This document shows positions 59,295 to 64,000 of a stretch of 64,000 bases of DNA, piece after piece (within the stretch, counting starts at the first letter, position 1; every line of letters starts with the position of its first letter). The notes under the pieces are model-generated. The model did no database searches and was not told where the DNA came from. It saw nothing but the letters and a program-made list of their open reading frames with translations. Position numbers and translations under genes: made by a program. This DNA comes from Candidatus Bathyarchaeota archaeon (GTDB lineage Archaea; Thermoproteota; Bathyarchaeia; 40CM-2-53-6; RBG-13-38-9), in assembly GCA_026015185.1 (NCBI GenBank), contig JAOZGX010000047.1:3475-67474 (forward strand), given 5' to 3'.

Positions 59295-61442
59295 CTAATA
59301 TAACTCAATTACATCCTTTATTCTGAAGCATAAGGTTCCTTGCTCATGATATAATTTCCCTCTCGCCTTGAACCTTGAATTTTTCTTCATTAACTTAGCA
59401 GGTCCTTCAAAATCATGAGATGCTACTCTCGCTCTCCATTTATCATTTATCCATACTACAGCTCTACCAGGATAAACTTTCTCAACACGCACATCATACA
59501 CGTCTTTTATATATTCTGATTTATTCGATGGTTTTTTAATGGATTTTACTACGAAATAATCTGAACTTTCTTTTGTTATCTTATCCATTTCCTCAAGTTT
59601 CTCTACTGCTGCCTTTACTATATCAGCCGACAATCCTTCTTCTTCAATTAAATCCTGAATCCTTAGACCCTTACCTCCGTGTTTCAAAGCTTTCATATAG
59701 ATTCGACGAGCGGTTTTGTCTGCGTCTCTTATGAAATCCTTCACTTTATCCTGTTCGGATTTAAAAAGATGGGATTCTGTTTGAGTTATTTCTGCTTCCT
59801 GTTTTATATCTTTCAATTCTTCATCTGAAATAAGTACTTTCTCAAGCTTGGGACCTGGACGAAACATAGAATCCAATTCTTGGTTAAGTGAACCAACAAT
59901 GTTATTCATTTTACCAACTTTACGTTTACTAGCGTAGAGGTAAACCATGTCGTAGGTATCCTTTGTTGCCAATATCAAAGCCTTTCCAGCAACTTTCCTG
60001 CCAGTTCTTCCTTTTCTTTGAATATATCTGATCTCGCTTGGAATTGGCTCATAGAATATAACCAGGTCAACACTGGGTATATCCAATCCCTCCTCCGCAA
60101 TGCATGTGGCTACGAGAACATTTGTATCACCTTCCCTGAAATCCTCGATCAATTTGGCTTGTTCTTTTTGCCTTAATCCACGGTCGCCAGCTTTGTTGGC
60201 TTGGCCTACAAATCTCTCGACGGAGACATTGGTTATTGATTTTAAACGATCCACTAAATACGAAGCGGTATCCCTATACTGAGTAAATACAATTACCTTA
60301 GAATCTTTTTTCTTGAGTTGGTTTTCCACTTCTTGATTTAATAATTCTATCTTGGGATGATCAAGAGTCTCTTTTTCATTTAGAAGTTTAACAAGCTTAC
60401 CATATCTATCGTCTTTGATAATTGATTTGTAACTTTTCTTTTTCTCGCTCTCTGATTCAATCCTATCTAAAAATAGTTTTGCTGTAACAATTCCTTGTGT
60501 TTCAAGTAACTCAAGAGAGTGAGAAAGAGTCAAAGCAGCAGATTGAACTACAATAGCACTATATATTGGTCCCTTCTTCTCATTTGGAACTATTTTTAGT
60601 TGATGACGAAGTTTTTCACCGATTTCTAATAATTCTCGCCTGGAAATATAATCGGGCCTTTTATAGATAAATCCCATTTTTACAAGCCATTTATTCTTCT
60701 CAGACAGCATTTCCCTTATTATTTTTGAAGCTTTTTTGAATTCATCGGGTAGATCAATGTATTTCCAATCAACTTTTACAGGATTGATATAAGGGGAAAC
60801 ATCCTCGTCCTCTTCTGATCGATGCTCAACTTGTTCAATATATAGAGCTTTACAGATTTCTTCGATCCTCTTCTTTTCAGCCCCTGGACTTGCAGTCATT
60901 CCAAGTATCGTTGGCCAACTAGATTGCTCCACGTACTTTTTAGCCACAAGTGTATAAGCGTAGTCCTTTCTAGCTCGATGACATTCATCAAAAACTAGGA
61001 GGCTAAAATCTTTGAGTGTTAAGATATTATTCTCTAAATCGTTCTTAACAACTTGAGGAGTTGCAAAGATTACTTTAGCATCCCCTTCCCAAATTTTTTT
61101 CCTATATATGCTAGGAATCTTCCCGGTTAATGCGATTGCATCTTTATCACGAAGAGTTAGGAAATTCATGAAGCTGTCCTTATGCTGCATGACAAGCGGC
61201 CTAGTAGGGGCCATAACTAGAATCCTTGTATTTTTATAATTATAGAGAAAGTGGGCTGCAACTATAGCTGATATAATTGTCTTGCCTAATGCTGTTGGAA
61301 GTACAACTAAGGTATTCTTATGAATGGCTTTTTCTGCAATTACCTTTTGATACTGGCGAGCCTCAATTCGATTAGGCCATATCAAAGGTTTTTCAATATA
61401 TTTCTTTTCTAAAAAACCTTGAAGGCCCATAATTAAATTCAC
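59295..61442 (-). CDS. Superfamily-2 DECH-box helicase of the Hef/FANCM/RIG-I-like family (no ERCC4 nuclease domain)
   Basis: Motif I TALGKT, motif II DECH, motif VI QRKGRTGR. The C-terminal ~150 aa lack the ERK nuclease signature. Confidence 0.7.
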   Translation of the reverse strand: MNLIMGLQGFLEKKYIEKPLIWPNRIEARQYQKVIAEKAIHKNTLVVLPTALGKTIISAIVAAHFLYNYKNTRILVMAPTRPLVMQHKDSFMNFLTLRDKDAIALTGKIPSIYRKKIWEGDAKVIFATPQVVKNDLENNILTLKDFSLLVFDECHRARKDYAYTLVAKKYVEQSSWPTILGMTASPGAEKKRIEEICKALYIEQVEHRSEEDEDVSPYINPVKVDWKYIDLPDEFKKASKIIREMLSEKNKWLVKMGFIYKRPDYISRRELLEIGEKLRHQLKIVPNEKKGPIYSAIVVQSAALTLSHSLELLETQGIVTAKLFLDRIESESEKKKSYKSIIKDDRYGKLVKLLNEKETLDHPKIELLNQEVENQLKKKDSKVIVFTQYRDTASYLVDRLKSITNVSVERFVGQANKAGDRGLRQKEQAKLIEDFREGDTNVLVATCIAEEGLDIPSVDLVIFYEPIPSEIRYIQRKGRTGRKVAGKALILATKDTYDMVYLYASKRKVGKMNNIVGSLNQELDSMFRPGPKLEKVLISDEELKDIKQEAEITQTESHLFKSEQDKVKDFIRDADKTARRIYMKALKHGGKGLRIQDLIEEEGLSADIVKAAVEKLEEMDKITKESSDYFVVKSIKKPSNKSEYIKDVYDVRVEKVYPGRAVVWINDKWRARVASHDFEGPAKLMKKNSRFKARGKLYHEQGTLCFRIKDVIELY

Positions 61443-61568
61443 TTTTAGGATCCATAAGATCTTTCTTACTTTTAATAAAAATCTCCTAAATCTTGCTTAT
61501 GCTAAATAAAGTGTCTTAACTGTAATTATTTTAAACCCTGTTTCAAAAGGAAATTAAAAAAAGGTTTT

Positions 61569-62423
61569 TTATTTCATTTTTAGTTTTGTCAAATTTTTAT
61601 ACTCTTCTTCTTTCATATGGATGCAATGTTTATCTTCAGGGAACTTGCCATCCTTCACTTCTTTTCTGTAAGATTCGAAAGCATTTAACATAGAGTCATG
61701 CAAGTTGGCCCAATTCTTGGCAAAACTTGGTGTTAATCCAAGTCCTAAACCTAGAATATCACAAACATTAAGCCCAATCCCATCGCAGTGTGGACCCGAA
61801 CCCCAGCTAAGAGTCGGAATAGATAATCTTTCCGTGATTATTTTAGCTGATTCTGTTGTTGCAAATTCTATTACTATCGCAAAAGCTCCACTTTTCTCAA
61901 GTTCAATAGCATCTTCTAAGATTTTTCTAGCATTCTGTGCGGTTCTACCTTGGACTCTATATCCACCTGAAAGTGATGCGGATTGAGGGGTTAATCCAAT
62001 ATGTCCAACTAAAGGTATCCCAGCTTCACTTATCGCTTTTACTTTGTCGCAGACTTCTTTACCTCCTTCAAGTTTAACAGCATCCACCCCAGCTTCTTTC
62101 ATAAAGCGAGCGACATTTTGAAGTGCTTGCTCGTCACTTATTTGATAAGACATAAAGGGCATATCGCCCATTACTAATGGGTGTTTAGCACCCCTTACCA
62201 CAGCCTTACAAGCTATAATCATTTCATCCATTGAGACGGGGATGGTGTTGTTGTAACCCAAACCCGTCATTCCTACACTACCATCACCGACTAGAACCAT
62301 ATCAGCTCCAGCCATTTCTGCAAAAGCTGCAGTTGGATAATCATGAAGACTTATCGCGACTATTTTCTCACCTTTCTTCTTCATTTCCATTAAATCACGG
62401 ATAGTAACTTTCTTTCTCTCCAA
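61569..62423 (-). CDS. panB: 3-methyl-2-oxobutanoate hydroxymethyltransferase (ketopantoate hydroxymethyltransferase)
   Basis: 284 aa with PanB motifs (VTIRDL, TAYD, VGDS, LKLEGG). Confidence 0.8.
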   Translation of the reverse strand: MERKKVTIRDLMEMKKKGEKIVAISLHDYPTAAFAEMAGADMVLVGDGSVGMTGLGYNNTIPVSMDEMIIACKAVVRGAKHPLVMGDMPFMSYQISDEQALQNVARFMKEAGVDAVKLEGGKEVCDKVKAISEAGIPLVGHIGLTPQSASLSGGYRVQGRTAQNARKILEDAIELEKSGAFAIVIEFATTESAKIITERLSIPTLSWGSGPHCDGIGLNVCDILGLGLGLTPSFAKNWANLHDSMLNAFESYRKEVKDGKFPEDKHCIHMKEEEYKNLTKLKMK

Positions 62424-62493
62424 AAAATCACTCCCATTAATAGGAATCTATTTTAAATCATATAAATGGCTGCACCTATCTCAATCGATAAAG

Positions 62494-63468
62494 CTAGGTT
62501 TTCTTCCTCTTGACAACTTCTTTAGCTGCTTTGGCTATATCAATTTTGGTAAGGTTATATTCCGCCTTTAATTCTTCAATCGATCCTGTTTGGCCGAATC
62601 TGTCTCTCGCACCGATTCTTTGCAACGGCACCAAGACATTCTCTGTTACAACCTCTGCAACGATTCCACCTAGACCACCAAGAATATTACTGTCCTCCAC
62701 TGTGACTATCGCCCCTGTTTCTAGAGCAGCCTCCTTTATGGCTTTTCCATCGGCTGGTTTGAGTGTATGCATATTGATGACTCTGGCATCGATTCCATCC
62801 TTAGATAGAAGATCGGCTGCCTCAAGGGCTTCTAAAACCATTATTCCGGTAGAAAAAATAGTCAGATCGCTTCCTTCCTTTAATTTGACAGCTTTCCCTA
62901 TCTGGAATGTATAATCCTCATTATAGATAACGGGTAACTCTGGCTGAGCTATCCTGATAGCAACAGGACCATCATATTCTACTGCTGCTTTTGAAGTTTT
63001 TTTGGCTTCAACAGCATCAGCAGGGGAGACCAATACCAAGTCTGGAACGGTACGAAGAGAAGCTATGTCTTCAATCATCTGATGTGATGCACCCATAAAC
63101 CCCCAAAGCATTCCACTATTACAGAGTACTATTTTTACATTGAGCTTATCGAAAGCTAATTGCCTAATTTGATTATATCCCCTTCCGATAGCAAAAATAT
63201 TATGACAGTGGGTAAAAGGTATCTTACCTCCGGCCGCCAAACCACCAGCTACAGTAATCATATTTCCTTCTGCTATTCCTAGATTGAGCAGCCTATGAGG
63301 ATATTTATCTTTGAAATACTTTCCTGCTTCATCTTGTGGAAAATCAGCATAAAGAGTGACCACATCTCTATTCTCTTCTGCCAACTCTATCAAAGCTTCA
63401 TTATGCCCAGTATACATCATCTTCATTTCTCCTGGTTGATCTCTAAGATATTTTTCGCTCATCCACAT
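62494..63468 (-). CDS. Transketolase, C-terminal subunit (split archaeal transketolase)
   Basis: Pyrimidine-binding and C-terminal domains of TK (GIAEGNMITVAGGLAAGG). Confidence 0.8.
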   Translation of the reverse strand: MWMSEKYLRDQPGEMKMMYTGHNEALIELAEENRDVVTLYADFPQDEAGKYFKDKYPHRLLNLGIAEGNMITVAGGLAAGGKIPFTHCHNIFAIGRGYNQIRQLAFDKLNVKIVLCNSGMLWGFMGASHQMIEDIASLRTVPDLVLVSPADAVEAKKTSKAAVEYDGPVAIRIAQPELPVIYNEDYTFQIGKAVKLKEGSDLTIFSTGIMVLEALEAADLLSKDGIDARVINMHTLKPADGKAIKEAALETGAIVTVEDSNILGGLGGIVAEVVTENVLVPLQRIGARDRFGQTGSIEELKAEYNLTKIDIAKAAKEVVKRKKT

Positions 63469-63478
63469 TTCACTCAGT

Positions 63479-64000
63479 TTATTTTAATACCTCCATAGCT
63501 TCAGAATACATATCATCAGTGATTTTTGTAAAGTGTAATCTACGCTCCTCAAAAGAAGGGACGCCTTTACCCTTGATTGTATGCGCTATTATAGCAGTTG
63601 GCTTGTCAGGAGTTTTATTTGCTTCATTTAAAGCATCAATTATTTGAGCCATGTCATGCCCATCAATATCTATTACATGCCAGGAAAAATTTCTCCATTT
63701 CTCTGTAAATGGTTCCAATCTCATTATATCAACCACTTTGCCAGTGGATTGGTAATCATTTCTATCGATAATTGCAGTTAGATTGCCCAACTCAAAATGA
63801 GATGCAGTAAGAGCTGCTTCCCATACTTGCCCTTCGTCACACTCACCATCACCAAGTATACAATAAACATTGAATTCTTGGCCGTCAAGACTTTTACCAG
63901 GCCTGTCTATTTTGGTAGCAAGAGCTTCACCAACAGCAAAAGACAATCCAGTACCAAGAGAACCACCTGAATATTCTACTCCTGGTGTTGTGGTTTGACT
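63479..64000 (-). CDS. Transketolase, N-terminal (TPP-binding) subunit, partial (N-terminus beyond window end)
   Basis: TPP-binding motifs GDGECDEGQVWEA and HTIKGKG. The frame is open to the window edge. Confidence 0.8.
   Translation of the reverse strand, partial: SQTTTPGVEYSGGSLGTGLSFAVGEALATKIDRPGKSLDGQEFNVYCILGDGECDEGQVWEAALTASHFELGNLTAIIDRNDYQSTGKVVDIMRLEPFTEKWRNFSWHVIDIDGHDMAQIIDALNEANKTPDKPTAIIAHTIKGKGVPSFEERRLHFTKITDDMYSEAMEVLK

Noticed and set aside
63479-63946. ORF-track entry for a 155-aa protein starting at an internal Met
   Set aside because: The frame is open to the window edge and the sequence is the middle of the transketolase TPP-binding subunit. It is treated as a partial gene extending beyond position 64000 rather than a complete small ORF.

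Overview
AT-rich (~33% GC) archaeal chromosomal segment, most consistent with a TACK-lineage archaeon (Thaumarchaeota/Nitrososphaerota-like). Evidence for this: Cdv/ESCRT-III division genes, two thermosome paralogs, Alba, Tfx, a split transketolase, an archaeal-type TyrRS and a tRNA-Ala with non-canonical introns. Gene density is high with both strands used. Shine-Dalgarno-like GGAGG motifs precede many starts, and GTG/TTG starts are common. Housekeeping content: crotonase (partial), IDH/IPMDH-family dehydrogenase, CoADR-rhodanese, TruD, Zn-ADH, a GH63-like glycosidase, thermosome x2, Tfx, class-I GAPDH + PGK, TyrRS, Toprim mini-protein, tRNA-Ala, EndoQ, Gfo/Idh/MocA oxidoreductase, tungsten-type aldehyde:ferredoxin oxidoreductase with ferredoxin, Isf and flavoprotein, a surface protein, FAD-linked oxidase, ETF beta/alpha, ADP-forming acyl-CoA synthetase alpha, a TreT-like GT4 divergent from an OtsA-OtsB fusion, MFS transporter, AlaX, rubrerythrin, FNR-like reductase, CBS protein, MgtC, CPA antiporter, Hef/RIG-I-like helicase, PanB and split transketolase. 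Two regions stand out. (1) A ~6.6 kb Cdv cell-division super-cluster at 19.5-26.1 kb holding two CdvA-like genes, three CdvB/ESCRT-III paralogs and CdvC/Vps4. These are interleaved with a minimal FtsE/FtsX-like ABC pair carrying degenerate ATPase motifs and an Lrp regulator. A fourth, truncated CdvB copy lies at 5.6 kb. (2) A ~9.5 kb membrane-enzyme island at 46.1-55.6 kb: a radical-SAM/SPASM enzyme, a methyltransferase, two GT-C-like polytopic membrane proteins, a novel membrane domain present both standalone and fused to a ferritin-like diiron domain, a B12-binding radical SAM enzyme and a co-transcribed hypothetical protein. Additional observations: three genes (a CdvB, a Toprim mini-protein and an Fe-S protein) whose conserved N-termini lie upstream of any canonical start codon; an unannotated desulforedoxin-like 40-aa gene; a tRNA-Ala with two introns; gene-conversion tracts between paralogs. 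No CRISPR arrays, IS elements or rRNA genes were seen.
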